A DNA stretch of 63,873 nucleotides, filler included, from Nitrospinae bacterium RIFCSPLOWO2_12_FULL_45_22 (GTDB taxonomy: Bacteria > 2-12-FULL-45-22): assembly GCA_001803565.1 (NCBI GenBank). It is 6 parts of 6 records of this genome, joined end to end, with 100 filler letters (N's around TTAATTAATTAA, not from the genome) between each part and the next. Parts side by side here need not be neighbours in the genome. Positions count along the whole stretch, not along the records: positions 12,278 to 23,622 come from MHDQ01000203.1; positions 23,723 to 30,005 come from MHDQ01000204.1; 4 more parts are not named here. The stretch is one strand, 5' to 3'. A program made the position numbers and the translations under genes. Of this stretch, positions 18,704 through 27,865 are shown in pieces (position 1 is the stretch's first letter; the number at the start of each line of letters is the position of its first letter). The notes beneath the pieces are model-generated. The model was not told the origin of the DNA, did no database searches, and worked only from the letters and a program-made list of their open reading frames with translations.

Positions 18704-19346
18704 TTTCCATCTCCTTATTTGTATGTTTTGCCAGTTCTGCCCTGGCTATGTCCTCAATGGTCTTACCGGCTTTAAGCTGGCGCTGGATACGTTTCTTTGC
18801 TGTATCATAACTCCTTCCTGGCGCCATGAGGTAATCCATCAGGTTCTTTCTTTTTTCCTGCCTTTGCTTTAGGATCTTCTTTTGTTCAAGGATCTGTCTT
18901 ATTTGCTCTATACTCTCCTGGGTAAGCCGTATCCTCCCATATCTATTTTGGGTTACCGGAACCTTGCCCTGTTTTATCCATCTATAAATTGTGTCCCGGC
19001 TTATCTCGTATCTTTCGTTTCTTAATTGGATAACAGCAGCATCTACCGAGATTAATCCTTCTTCTGATTGCTCTTTTGGTATCCTGCTGCGCTTGGAACC
19101 TTTTTCCTCCCGTACCCCTTTTTCTTGGGCTTTTTCAAGATCATCAACTATATACTCCTGCATATTCTTCTGGCGAAACCCCCGCTTAGCTTTCGAGATG
19201 TAGGCCCTCAGACCCTGCCAGCCTTTAGCCAGAGTATAGTGCCGCTGCAAATAGTCCAGGAAAGCAGGGAGAGTCTCTGTAATGCCAAAAGTTTTAAGAT
19301 ACTTAGAGAAAATCTCATATATTCCTCGGTCGTTTAACTGAATCAT
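18663..19346 (-). CDS. MerR/excisionase-like HTH-containing protein
   Basis: LISVDAAVIQL...ISRDTIYRWIKQGKVP...GRIRLTQESIEQI. Confidence 0.65.
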   Translation of the reverse strand: MIQLNDRGIYEIFSKYLKTFGITETLPAFLDYLQRHYTLAKGWQGLRAYISKAKRGFRQKNMQEYIVDDLEKAQEKGVREEKGSKRSRIPKEQSEEGLISVDAAVIQLRNERYEISRDTIYRWIKQGKVPVTQNRYGRIRLTQESIEQIRQILEQKKILKQRQEKRKNLMDYLMAPGRSYDTAKKRIQRQLKAGKTIEDIARAELAKHTNKEMENGDIGNNMDSLFA

Positions 19347-19372
19347 CCCTTCCTGCCAGAGATAGAGAGCGA

Positions 19373-20083
19373 TTAGGAAGCGAATATCTTCTCGTGGCGT
19401 TTCCCCAGGTGAAGGTGCGAGCCAGAGTCGTTTGATCGAAAAACAAACATCCCACTTCCAAAATACACCCCCTTTGCCGTTTCTGTAACGTTGAGTTCAC
19501 CACGGCGAATATCTATAGTTATGGTTTTTATAGGCGTTGTGGCTTTCTCATATGCATCTAGTGAGGGGTCATAGCGGGCTTCGTGTTCTTCAAATCTTTT
19601 CAGATCTTCTGGCTGCCAGGCTTCATCCTGGTCTCTGGAAGGCCCTTTAAATTGTGGGTATGATATCAGTCTAAGTATCTCCTCCTCTGTTTTAGGAAGG
19701 TACTGCTTAAGCTCAAGTACCAGACGAGACGGGATATTTTTCTCCCTTACGGAACGGCCTCTTCGGGTAGGATTCCGATGGTAATATAGATTATAACCCA
19801 GCCCATAAGTCCTTCCATAAGCTAAGCTCTTTCTTCCCATAGTCTTAGTTTTCATGGTTTTCAGTAATAGACGGTCATCCACGTCCTCCAGCTTAAGGTT
19901 CTCATTTTTCAATAAAGACCTGGCATTAGCTAACTTACTCAGAGGTGAAGAATATTCAGGCAGTTGCAGACAGAAATGTCCATCCCGACGTTTCTTACTG
20001 GCGTCCTCTATGGTGTCCTCTGTAGCCTGATCAAGCAGCTCTAAGACCGACTTATGTGTGAAAATTCGTTGAACTTCATCCAT
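19373..20083 (-). CDS. Hypothetical protein of the mobile element
   Basis: 236-aa ORF, no recognisable motif. Confidence 0.5.
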   Translation of the reverse strand: MDEVQRIFTHKSVLELLDQATEDTIEDASKKRRDGHFCLQLPEYSSPLSKLANARSLLKNENLKLEDVDDRLLLKTMKTKTMGRKSLAYGRTYGLGYNLYYHRNPTRRGRSVREKNIPSRLVLELKQYLPKTEEEILRLISYPQFKGPSRDQDEAWQPEDLKRFEEHEARYDPSLDAYEKATTPIKTITIDIRRGELNVTETAKGVYFGSGMFVFRSNDSGSHLHLGKRHEKIFAS

Positions 20084-20198
20084 TGTAAACCCTTGTTAAT
20101 ACTTAGTTTCAGAGTGTCCCCTTTTGCAACTATCTTTAATTATAGCACACATGAACATTAAAGTTAAATAGGAAGATGTCTAAAAATAGGAGGGGTTT

Positions 20199-20407
20199 AT
20201 GTTGACGGTTACTTTAAGCACTCGGCTCAAGGAATTACGGCAGAAACAGGGCCTAACCCAAATGCAGTTGGGCCAGAAAGCCCGCCTCACTCCACAGTTT
20301 ATCTCCGCGGCATTGAGCGGGGTCATCTGCGGCCTTATCCGAAGCAAATGGATCGGATTGCACGAGCTTTAAGAGTGTCTGTAAGGGAGGTATTTGCGGA
20401 TGATTAA
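20199..20407 (+). pseudogene. Cro/XRE-like HTH gene with a frameshift near 20307
   Basis: MLTVTLSTRLKELRQKQGLTQMQLGQKARLTPQFIS, then an extra GC, then GIERGHLRPYPKQMDRIARALRVSVREVFADD*. AGGAGG RBS; the stop overlaps the next ATG. Confidence 0.75.
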
Positions 20408-21941
20408 ATCTGCGATTTATGAGCGAGAAGCAGAAGTCATATCATCTAAACTTGCTGAGGTAAAAAGACTCTGGCCTGAGCTTAGCGAGGAAGAGCGCAG
20501 AAAAAAACTATATGAGTTACATCGCATGCTTGCTGTCAGCTCTGAGTTAATACAAGAAGCCGTCCTGAGTGATATAGTCCCTGATCTTGAGACAGAAGCT
20601 GAATACAGGGCAGAGCTTATGGCTGCAAAAGAGAGATTGGCAAAGAATGGTATTTTACCCCCAGGTAATGGTGGGCCGACAAATGGCCGGGATAGTCTTG
20701 ATAAGTGGCCCAGCCCTGTAGCACAAGAAGCGTACTATGGCCTTGCTGGTGATGTTGTACGAACTATTAGTCCTCATTCAGAAGCCGATGATGTTGCATT
20801 GTTAGTTAATTTCTTAGTAGCTTTTGGTAATGTTATTGGCCCTGGGCCTCACTTTATTGCCGGAGCCGACAAACACTTCACTAACCTCTTTGCTGTCCTG
20901 GTTGGTGAGACCTCCAAGGGCCGGAAAGGAATGTCATGGAACCGGATTCGAGAGTTGTTCTCTAGGATAGACGGGCAATGGGCGGCATACAAAACCCCCG
21001 ACGGGCTTTCCAGTGGCGAGGGGCTGATTTGGGCTGTGCGAGATCAGATTATGAAGGAAAACCCAATCAAGAAGGAGGGGTGGGTAGTTGACTATCAGGA
21101 AGTGATCGAGGATGCGGGTGTCTCGGATAAGAGGCTGCTGATCGTTGAGGGCGAATTCGCCTCTATTTTAAAAGTGATGCAGCGTGACGGCAACACTTTG
21201 TCGCCGGTCATTAGAGGCGCATGGGATAAGGGAATACTCCAATCACTCACTAAGAATAGCCCTGCCAAAGCTACAGATGTCCACATCTCTATTTTGGGGC
21301 ATATCTCACGAGAAGAACTTTTAAGGAATTTAACTTCAACCGAAATGGGCAATGGGTTTGGCAACCGTTTTCTATGGGTCTGCGTGCGGAGAAGCAAATC
21401 CCTGCCTGACGGAGGAATCGTACCAGAAGAAAAAATAAAAGCACTGGTAGATCGTATCAAGGATGCCGTATCAAAAATTCAAGGAATAGGGTTTGTTACT
21501 AGAGACAAAGAAGCGAATGAAATCTGGCATGCCGTTTATTCATCGTTATCAGAGGGTAAACCTGGGCTATACGGTGCCCTAATCGCCAGGGCCGAGGCCC
21601 AGGCTATGCGGCTGGCTTGCATATACGCCTTACTCGACTCATCAGCTATTGTACGGGCAGAACACCTAAGAGGGGCATTAGCTATCTGGGAATACTGTGA
21701 AGAAAGCGCCCATTACATTTTCGGCGACAGGACCGGCAACCCGGTAGCAGATAAAATCATGTTTGCGCTTTACAATGGCCCACTTTCTCAAACAGCGCTA
21801 CACGGTTTGTTTAAGCGACATGTAAAAGGCGAAGCAATTGGCGATGCCCTTGAGTTGTTGCTTAGGCTGGGCAAAGTAGAATGTGAAGAAAAAGAAACCG
21901 GGGGGCGACCAACAATTATTTGGCACTTAAAACAAGTGTAG
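20400..21941 (+). CDS. DUF3987 (YfjI-like) replication-associated P-loop protein
   Basis: LAGDVVRTISPHSEAD, NLFAVLVGETSKGRKG, LSSGEGLI, VEGEFASIL, GFGNRFL, RLACIYAL, C-terminal TGGRP. Confidence 0.8.
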   Translation: MIKSAIYEREAEVISSKLAEVKRLWPELSEEERRKKLYELHRMLAVSSELIQEAVLSDIVPDLETEAEYRAELMAAKERLAKNGILPPGNGGPTNGRDSLDKWPSPVAQEAYYGLAGDVVRTISPHSEADDVALLVNFLVAFGNVIGPGPHFIAGADKHFTNLFAVLVGETSKGRKGMSWNRIRELFSRIDGQWAAYKTPDGLSSGEGLIWAVRDQIMKENPIKKEGWVVDYQEVIEDAGVSDKRLLIVEGEFASILKVMQRDGNTLSPVIRGAWDKGILQSLTKNSPAKATDVHISILGHISREELLRNLTSTEMGNGFGNRFLWVCVRRSKSLPDGGIVPEEKIKALVDRIKDAVSKIQGIGFVTRDKEANEIWHAVYSSLSEGKPGLYGALIARAEAQAMRLACIYALLDSSAIVRAEHLRGALAIWEYCEESAHYIFGDRTGNPVADKIMFALYNGPLSQTALHGLFKRHVKGEAIGDALELLLRLGKVECEEKETGGRPTIIWHLKQV

Positions 21942-22001
21942 CTAATGTTATGTGCAAAATAAATTCATATGCGAAAAACTAAACTTTTCCGAGTAGCCTT
22001 T

Positions 22002-22305
22002 TTTCGCTTAATTCGCTTTTTTCGCAACATAAGAACAATTATTTATGGTTATCCTAATGATTACCACCAAGCCCAATATATTGATACCAATTGGACGAAT
22101 AATATGCAACATGCAGCAGCAATGGTAGTGAAGCGGACAACCTAATAATTATTTTTCCAGGAACCAGGTTTTATGGGACATTATCTTGAGATAGCTAAAC
22201 GGGTAAAAACCATAAAAAGAGAGAGTACAGAACCAAAACAAGAGGGAAGGATTATTGCGAGAAAAATAATAGAAACCTCTTGCGAAAAAAGCGAATTAAG
22301 CGAAA
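22002..22305. repeat. 26-bp perfect inverted repeat built from 9-bp GCGAAWWAA units; candidate replication origin
   Basis: TTTCGCTTAATTCGCTTTTTTCGCAA (22002-22027) vs TTGCGAAAAAAGCGAATTAAGCGAAA (22280-22305). Confidence 0.8.
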
Positions 22306-22703
22306 TAAGTGGGGCAGATTCACAGGTCGGAGAAGATCACCAGGGAGATCAAGAGAAATTTCCTTGTACGGCAACTGATTGTTTTGACCCCGATGGCGCC
22401 TTAGCTTCCCTGCTAAAGTGGGCTAAAATAAAAGGTATAAGTGATGTCCAGGTAGCTTCTGTTGTGGACGATCTTATCAAGTCAAAATCCCTCAAGGCGC
22501 CCTGGGGTATAAAGATCAAGAACAGCCCTGTCTTGGGTGATTACTGGCTCGTGAGCGATGACCAGGCCAAGAAGCATATCCCTGGTAATGAAACGGCCTT
22601 TACCCAGGATGAAATCGGGATACTGGCTGAGGTAAGAGAAATATTTGGTATCAAGGCCGTTGAGGTAAAGAAGTATGGCACAGGAAAACAAGCTGGCAAC
22701 TGA
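22173..22703 (+). CDS. Hypothetical protein containing the right iteron arm (CEKSELSEIS)
   Basis: ORF co-oriented with and downstream of the DUF3987 gene. Confidence 0.6.
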   Translation: MGHYLEIAKRVKTIKRESTEPKQEGRIIARKIIETSCEKSELSEISGADSQVGEDHQGDQEKFPCTATDCFDPDGALASLLKWAKIKGISDVQVASVVDDLIKSKSLKAPWGIKIKNSPVLGDYWLVSDDQAKKHIPGNETAFTQDEIGILAEVREIFGIKAVEVKKYGTGKQAGN

Positions 22704-22890
22704 ATTCCAAAACATGGATCAAGGAAAGGTTTTGGCCCTATACAGACAAGGGAAAGGCATAAAGGCTATAGCTAGGGAATTAAACACTTATCCCAACGCC
22801 ATAAAGCGATTTCTGATTAAAAAGGGGCTTTATAACGTCTCCCCTGAGGATAGGGTGACAACAATTAGCAATAAAGGTGACAAGCAATAA
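22675..22890 (+). CDS. Small HTH protein
   Basis: VLALYRQGKGIKAIARELNTYPNAIKRFL. Confidence 0.7.
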   Translation: MAQENKLATEFQNMDQGKVLALYRQGKGIKAIARELNTYPNAIKRFLIKKGLYNVSPEDRVTTISNKGDKQ

Positions 22891-23416
22891 CCAGCCCAGT
22901 AAAACATCTGATAATCAAACTGCTCTGAAACAATACAAGAAAGCCTTATGTAAAAATTCCGATGCTTGCGCTGTATGCAACCTTGAGCCGGAGAAGCTTA
23001 AGTTGTTGGAGGAGCTATATATTGCAGGGACACCTAGCCCAGTTTTGTATAGTTACTTTAACATACCGTCTAAAGACCTCGGCTATCATGCATACTACTT
23101 GAACTGGCATAAACAAAAGGCCAAATTGGAAGACCCCAGGCGCAAGAAGGCTGTGAAGGAAGCGTTGGAAAATGAGGTCTGGCAAACTATCATGTCTAGC
23201 GAAGCTTCTGGTAGCACAGGGGACAGAATAGCGGCTATGAAGCTGGTGGCACAAATGCAGGGCCTTGTCTCTTCTCAGAAAACCGAAGCCCACGTAAACA
23301 TTAGCTTTGAGCATCTCTTGGCTGAAGTGGAGAGGGGAGAGAAGCAAGGGAATCAGGATCATAAGCTATTAGACGGTGAGGTTGAAGAGGGCAACCTGAT
23401 AGACTGGGAGGAGTAG
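22877..23416 (+). CDS. Putative terminase small subunit-like protein
   Basis: N-terminal CxxC plus an HTH-like segment; DRIAAMKLVAQMQGL..QKTEAHVNISF resembles TerS helix/beta-strand C-termini; acidic tail. Confidence 0.5.
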   Translation: MTSNNQPSKTSDNQTALKQYKKALCKNSDACAVCNLEPEKLKLLEELYIAGTPSPVLYSYFNIPSKDLGYHAYYLNWHKQKAKLEDPRRKKAVKEALENEVWQTIMSSEASGSTGDRIAAMKLVAQMQGLVSSQKTEAHVNISFEHLLAEVERGEKQGNQDHKLLDGEVEEGNLIDWEE

Positions 23417-23446
23417 GTAGTATGAGGATAGAGGCTATAATTCAAG

Positions 23447-23622
23447 GTGAAAAAGATTATCAATCCAGATATGGACAAACGACTTCTCACATTAAAAGAA
23501 GCGGCTAAATATTTGGGTAAGACCGAAAAGGCCCTTTATCTCTCTGTGATGAGAAAGGAAGTCCCTTTTCGTAAATGGGGCAAGAAACTGATCTTTGACC
23601 GGATGGAATTGGATAAGTTCAT
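23447..23622 (+). CDS. Excisionase-like HTH_17 protein, cut by the contig end
   Basis: LLTLKEAAKYLGKTEKALYLSVMRKEVPFRKWGKKLIFDRMELDKF. Confidence 0.85.
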
Positions 23623-23722
23623 NNNNNNNNNNNNNNNNNNNNNNNNNNNNNNNNNNNNNNNNNNNNTTAATTAATTAANNNNNNNNNNNNNNNNNNNNNN
23701 NNNNNNNNNNNNNNNNNNNNNN
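23623..23722. other. Artificial contig linker
   Basis: N-run/TTAATTAATTAA/N-run. Confidence 0.97.
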
Positions 23723-23729
23723 ATTTTTC

Positions 23730-23996
23730 TCAATACGCACTTCCTCGTGGAAGGATGGCGTAAACATGAATAAGCTTTTTATTTTTGTCTGGTGTAAAGA
23801 GGATTCTCCAGTTCCCAACCCTCATGCGATAATCCCCTCTGAGTTCTCCTGTTAAATGTCTGACATTGCGGTGCAGTAGCGGGTTCCCTTCATGCTCCAA
23901 TTCTGCCAAGGCTTCCTTGATCCTTTTTCTAATGTTTTTCCCCAGTTTCAGATATTGCTTTTCTGCGGTTGGCTTGATCTCAATCTTCCAGTTCAT
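23730..23996 (-). CDS. RelE-family toxin
   Basis: MNWKIEIKPTAEKQYLKL...LTGELRGDYRMRVGNWRILF...ILPRGSAY. Confidence 0.88.
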   Translation of the reverse strand: MNWKIEIKPTAEKQYLKLGKNIRKRIKEALAELEHEGNPLLHRNVRHLTGELRGDYRMRVGNWRILFTPDKNKKLIHVYAILPRGSAY

Positions 23997-24219
23997 TAAG
24001 GAATTTCCCTTTGACACCCTTTGCAACTTCCTCTTTGCCCTTCCTGATTATTTCTACCCATTTGGGGTCAGAAAGGAGCTCAAGGGTCTCCTTATGCCTC
24101 TCAATGTATTCATCTATAATCTCAGACAGTATCTCTTTTATTTCCCTCTTCTCCATGCTTGCGATAATTTTCAGGATATCCCTTTTGTCTTCAGGGATAC
24201 GAACTGTTGCAGTGTACAT
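23980..24219 (-). CDS. RHH-type antitoxin
   Basis: TATVRIPEDKRDILK...ETLELLSDPKWVEIIRKG; overlaps the toxin start; GGAGGTG RBS. Confidence 0.75.
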   Translation of the reverse strand: MYTATVRIPEDKRDILKIIASMEKREIKEILSEIIDEYIERHKETLELLSDPKWVEIIRKGKEEVAKGVKGKFLNELED

Positions 24220-24458
24220 ATTATTCACCTCCTTCAGGCTATTAATAGTATAAGCGCTTAGTAGCTAAGCGTCAAATTTAACCGAGAAATACTCAGGGTG
24301 GTTAGCAAAATAAGGAAAGTGGATAAACTGGCATACTGTATTGTGAAGGATAGATTTCCGGTGGTAAGCAACACTATTGAATGCCCTTCATAAAGGGTAG
24401 ACTTCTACGAGAAAGCGGGATTTTAGGGAGGGGTTTTCACTGATCACGAGCCAGTAGT

Positions 24459-24578
24459 TACCGGGTTATGCCTCAGTTTGAGATAGCAGGTTACCGCATC
24501 GACTTAGTGGTCGAGGGGATGCAGGGCCGTCTTGCGGTCGAGTGCGATGGTGATGCCTGGCATGGAGCCGAGCGTTAG
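24459..24578 (+). pseudogene. Fragment of a Vsr/DUF559-like (REase_MTES_1575-type) nuclease domain
   Basis: YRVMPQFEIAGYRIDLVVEGMQGRLAVECDGDAWHGAER*. Confidence 0.75.
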
Positions 24579-24821
24579 TTGGCGCTGGAGCTCTTCTGGG
24601 GGAAAGTTAGCTATTGGTATATCATACTTAGCCATCAAATCAAAAAGAGTGTGCCTGTCTATGGCTAAAAGCTCGGCTGCTTTTCCCTGGGATATCTCCC
24701 CCTTTCGTAAAAGCTCTAAAATTATTGTTTCCTTGCCCTTCCTTATGACTTCTTTGTCTTGTAAACTTTCTTCTGGTAGCTCAACCGGAAATTTTAAAAC
24801 CACCTGCTTTGGCATCCTCAT
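24504..24821 (-). CDS. UPF0175-family protein; its C-terminus runs into unrelated DNA
   Basis: ILELLRKGEISQGKAAELLAIDRHTLFDLMAKYDIP. Confidence 0.8.
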   Translation of the reverse strand: MRMPKQVVLKFPVELPEESLQDKEVIRKGKETIILELLRKGEISQGKAAELLAIDRHTLFDLMAKYDIPIANFPPEELQRQLTLGSMPGITIALDRKTALHPLDH

Positions 24822-24841
24822 CCCTCCTTTAATGATAGCTA

Positions 24842-25099
24842 TCAGTCCGGGAAAATATGCCCATAAAAAAGGGAATTATTTATGACTATGTCATGTATTG
24901 TTTTAGGCCCCAAACAAAATCCCTGATCAATAAAGATCACGGGGATTTTCTCTTTAAACTCTTCATATATAACCTTATCTGATGTAATATCAACCTCTTC
25001 CAGCTTAAAGAGAAAATCTTTCTGGACGGCTAAGAAGGTCCTCCTGGCTTCTTCACATAAATGGCAACCCTCTTTAGGATAGATTTTAACCGTGATCAA
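24842..25099 (-). CDS. Glutaredoxin-like (DUF836) protein, C-terminus possibly degenerate
   Basis: GCHLCEEA...EEVDITSD...KIPVIFID. Confidence 0.75.
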   Translation of the reverse strand: MITVKIYPKEGCHLCEEARRTFLAVQKDFLFKLEEVDITSDKVIYEEFKEKIPVIFIDQGFCLGPKTIHDIVINNSLFYGHIFPD

Positions 25100-25679
25100 A
25101 AGGGTTCTTGCCCTTCTCCATCAGGGTTCCAAAAAATCTCTCTACTTCGCTGCCGGACCAATCTCTAGGGCCGATAACCTTATCCACTATCAACCCTTTT
25201 TGGTTAATGATGAAGCTTTCGGGGACCCCAGTGGTATTATAAATCTTTTTAATACTACCCTTTGGGTCTAATAAAGTTGGAAAGTCTAACTTATGTTTTT
25301 CCAGGAAGGGCTTAACTACCTGAGCGCCTAAGGCATCTATGCTTATGGTTAACAATTGGAAATCTTCATGGTCCTTTAAATCATCATAGAGCCGTTGGAG
25401 TTGAGGCATTTCTTCTAAGCAAGTAGGGCACCAGGTAGCCCATATGTTGATGAGTACTACTTTACCCCGTAAGGAGGACAAGCGTACTGTTTTGCCGGCT
25501 AGGGTGGGTAAGCTGAAATCTGGTGCCTGATCCCCTATGGTCAGGGGGATGAATCTAGTAGCCGCTGCTCGTTCTGGTGAATTTTTTATATAGAAGAATA
25601 TAAGTATAGCCAGAAAGATTATTATCGGACCAAAGACCAGATACTTGATGGCTTTCCGCCTTCCCTCCAGGTTAATCAT
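25086..25679 (-). CDS. TlpA/ResA-family thiol:disulfide oxidoreductase
   Basis: N-terminal TM, APDFSL, INIWATWCPTCLEEMP, TGVPESFII. Confidence 0.9.
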   Translation of the reverse strand: MINLEGRRKAIKYLVFGPIIIFLAILIFFYIKNSPERAAATRFIPLTIGDQAPDFSLPTLAGKTVRLSSLRGKVVLINIWATWCPTCLEEMPQLQRLYDDLKDHEDFQLLTISIDALGAQVVKPFLEKHKLDFPTLLDPKGSIKKIYNTTGVPESFIINQKGLIVDKVIGPRDWSGSEVERFFGTLMEKGKNPFDHG

Positions 25680-25680
25680 G

Positions 25681-26151
25681 TTAAAACCCTTGAAATTCTT
25701 TTAATTCCTCTTCTAACCTTTGTTTAAAGACATCATCGGTGTTGCTTTCAGGCAGCTTTGCGCAGATGTCTTCACTCAAATGGGGCGCTCTTCTGAGCCA
25801 GAGCCGTATTATCAGGTATACTATAAGGCCGCTATACATGATTACTAATAGGGGTAAGGTCCAGGCAGTTAGATAAAAACCTTTTTTGGGCGGTGAGGCC
25901 AGGACCTGTTCGCCATAAACCTCTACAAAATACTTAATAATATCCTCCTTGCCCTGACCTTGCTGGAGTTTTTGTCTAATAAGTTCCCGCAACTGCTTAG
26001 CTTCTCCGCTGGTACAATCTACCAGGAGTTTACCCGGACAGGCAGGACTCATCAGCTCCCGGCCTACCTCATTGAACGTAAGCTCAGCCACCCCATCCCG
26101 GCCAGGAAAGAATAGACTAAAGAAGATCAAAATCAGCACTAGCTTTTTCAT
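25681..26151 (-). CDS. ccmH: Cytochrome c biogenesis protein CcmH-like
   Basis: Signal peptide, ELMSPACPG, LRELIRQKLQQG, YFVEVYGEQVLASPP, AWTLP followed by a TM helix. Confidence 0.75.
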   Translation of the reverse strand: MKKLVLILIFFSLFFPGRDGVAELTFNEVGRELMSPACPGKLLVDCTSGEAKQLRELIRQKLQQGQGKEDIIKYFVEVYGEQVLASPPKKGFYLTAWTLPLLVIMYSGLIVYLIIRLWLRRAPHLSEDICAKLPESNTDDVFKQRLEEELKEFQGF

Positions 26152-26158
26152 ATTTATA

Positions 26159-26785
26159 TCACTTACTACCTTTACCACCGCAGCCACCCCAAAGACCCCG
26201 GTCATTATCCCTGGCCTCCCTCTGTAATCCCAGGAATAGCTCATGATATTTAAGATTAGTCCGGGAAGCAGTTACTCGGGCATAGCCCTGCTTTATCAAT
26301 TCAGCATTTACAAAATTATCACCCGCAAATACATAAGCCAGTAGCCGGCCATATCTATCCTTTTTTGTCCGATCAAATTCCAGTCTTATCTCTTTACCCT
26401 CAACCAGTTCGTTGTTGGCCTTTAGAGCTTCTTGACCACACTCTTCTGGCATGCGGGCGGGGTGATGGATTTCTGGGGCATCAATACCATTATACCTAAC
26501 TTTTTTACCGTTTGCTAGAACAATGGTGTCTCCATCAATCACTTTAGCCACTTGCATGGTTTCAGATGTTTCTTTAAAAAGAGGGTTTAGCTCCCAACCT
26601 TTCTGGAGAATCACTCGCTCCCTAAAAGATTCAGGCACCTGACCCCAATTATCCGTAAAATGTACCTGGCCTTCATTGTCTACCCATTGGTATATTTCCC
26701 CACGAACTCTACTCGTTGCTAGAAAAATAGCCATACCTAAGACAAAACTTATAATTAGTTGCCTCTGGCCCACTTTTTGATACAT
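26159..26785 (-). CDS. DUF4124 plus thermonuclease (SNase) domain protein
   Basis: IYQWVDNEGQVHFTD; VIDGDTI, VRYNGIDAPE, DRYGRLLAYV, GLWG. Confidence 0.88.
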   Translation of the reverse strand: MYQKVGQRQLIISFVLGMAIFLATSRVRGEIYQWVDNEGQVHFTDNWGQVPESFRERVILQKGWELNPLFKETSETMQVAKVIDGDTIVLANGKKVRYNGIDAPEIHHPARMPEECGQEALKANNELVEGKEIRLEFDRTKKDRYGRLLAYVFAGDNFVNAELIKQGYARVTASRTNLKYHELFLGLQREARDNDRGLWGGCGGKGSK

Positions 26786-26906
26786 GGGAGTAAGTATTGC
26801 ATAAACCACCAAGGCACAAAGAACACCAAGAAAAGCCAAGAATGTAATCTAGAGATTCTTTGTGTCCTTGGTGTCTTTGTGGTAAAAAAGTGAAGGAAAG
26901 GGGAAT

Positions 26907-27365
26907 TTAGGGACGGCCGTTGAGGATATCTTTCAGTTCGCTCATAAAGTCATTAATATCTTTAAATGAGCGATAAACCGAGGCAAACCGGACATAGGCA
27001 ATTTCATCCAGGGTATGTAATTCCTGCATCACCTTTTCTCCTATAACCTTAGAAGGGATTTCTCTATCACCTAATTCCTGGACAAATTTTTCTACCCTAT
27101 CCAGGAGGGCCTCTCTCTCCTCCACACCAACCGTCCTCTTTTCTAACGCCTTATTTATACCAATCAGGATCTTGTGCCTATCAAAGGTTTCTCGCCTGCC
27201 ATCCTTCTTTATTATTACCGGCAGACAATCTTCTACCTTTTCATAGGTAGTATAACGCTGGCCGCAGTCTATGCACTCCCGGCGGCGGCGAATAGAATTT
27301 CCTTCTTTAGATAGCCGGGAATCTATCACCTTGCTATCTAAGGAGCGACAATAAGGACACTTCAC
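26907..27365 (-). CDS. nrdR: Transcriptional repressor NrdR
   Basis: [35 protein letters not shown] cone, [12 protein letters not shown]. Confidence 0.97.
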   Translation of the reverse strand: MKCPYCRSLDSKVIDSRLSKEGNSIRRRRECIDCGQRYTTYEKVEDCLPVIIKKDGRRETFDRHKILIGINKALEKRTVGVEEREALLDRVEKFVQELGDREIPSKVIGEKVMQELHTLDEIAYVRFASVYRSFKDINDFMSELKDILNGRP

Positions 27366-27865
27366 AACAACTCTCCTCCTTGGCGGGGGAATTGGATGTT
27401 TTCCAGCCCAGCTTCTTCCATCAGATTACGGGCCAGCTCATCAGGATAGCCATTACTATAAATAACCTTCTTTACCCTGGCATTGATAAGCATCTTGGTA
27501 CAAAGGCTACAAGGGAAGTGGGAGCAGTAAAGGATGGCATCCTTTATGGTTACCCCATGCAAGGCAGCCTGGATAATAGCATTTTGCTCGGCATGCAGGC
27601 CCCGGCATAGCTCATGTCTCTCACCTGATGGTATGCCGGCCTTTTCTCTTAGACATCCTGTATCCAAACAGTGCCTTAACCCCGAGGGGGCGCCATTATA
27701 ACCAGTGGCCAATATCCTCTTTTCCCGCACTATAAGGGCCCCTATTTGCCGTCTCAGACAGGTAGACCTTTGGGATACTAGAAAGGTAATATCCATGAAA
27801 TAGTCATCCCAATCGGGCCGCTTTATAAGAGACTTAGTAATAATCTGGGGAGTTTCGTCGGTCAT
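27362..27865 (-). CDS. dCMP/cytidine deaminase family (ComEB-like)
   Basis: [33 protein letters not shown]. Confidence 0.92.
   Translation of the reverse strand: MTDETPQIITKSLIKRPDWDDYFMDITFLVSQRSTCLRRQIGALIVREKRILATGYNGAPSGLRHCLDTGCLREKAGIPSGERHELCRGLHAEQNAIIQAALHGVTIKDAILYCSHFPCSLCTKMLINARVKKVIYSNGYPDELARNLMEEAGLENIQFPRQGGELL

Noticed and set aside
24360-24425. FYEKAGF-like GNAT remnant
   Set aside because: Too short and needs a frameshift.
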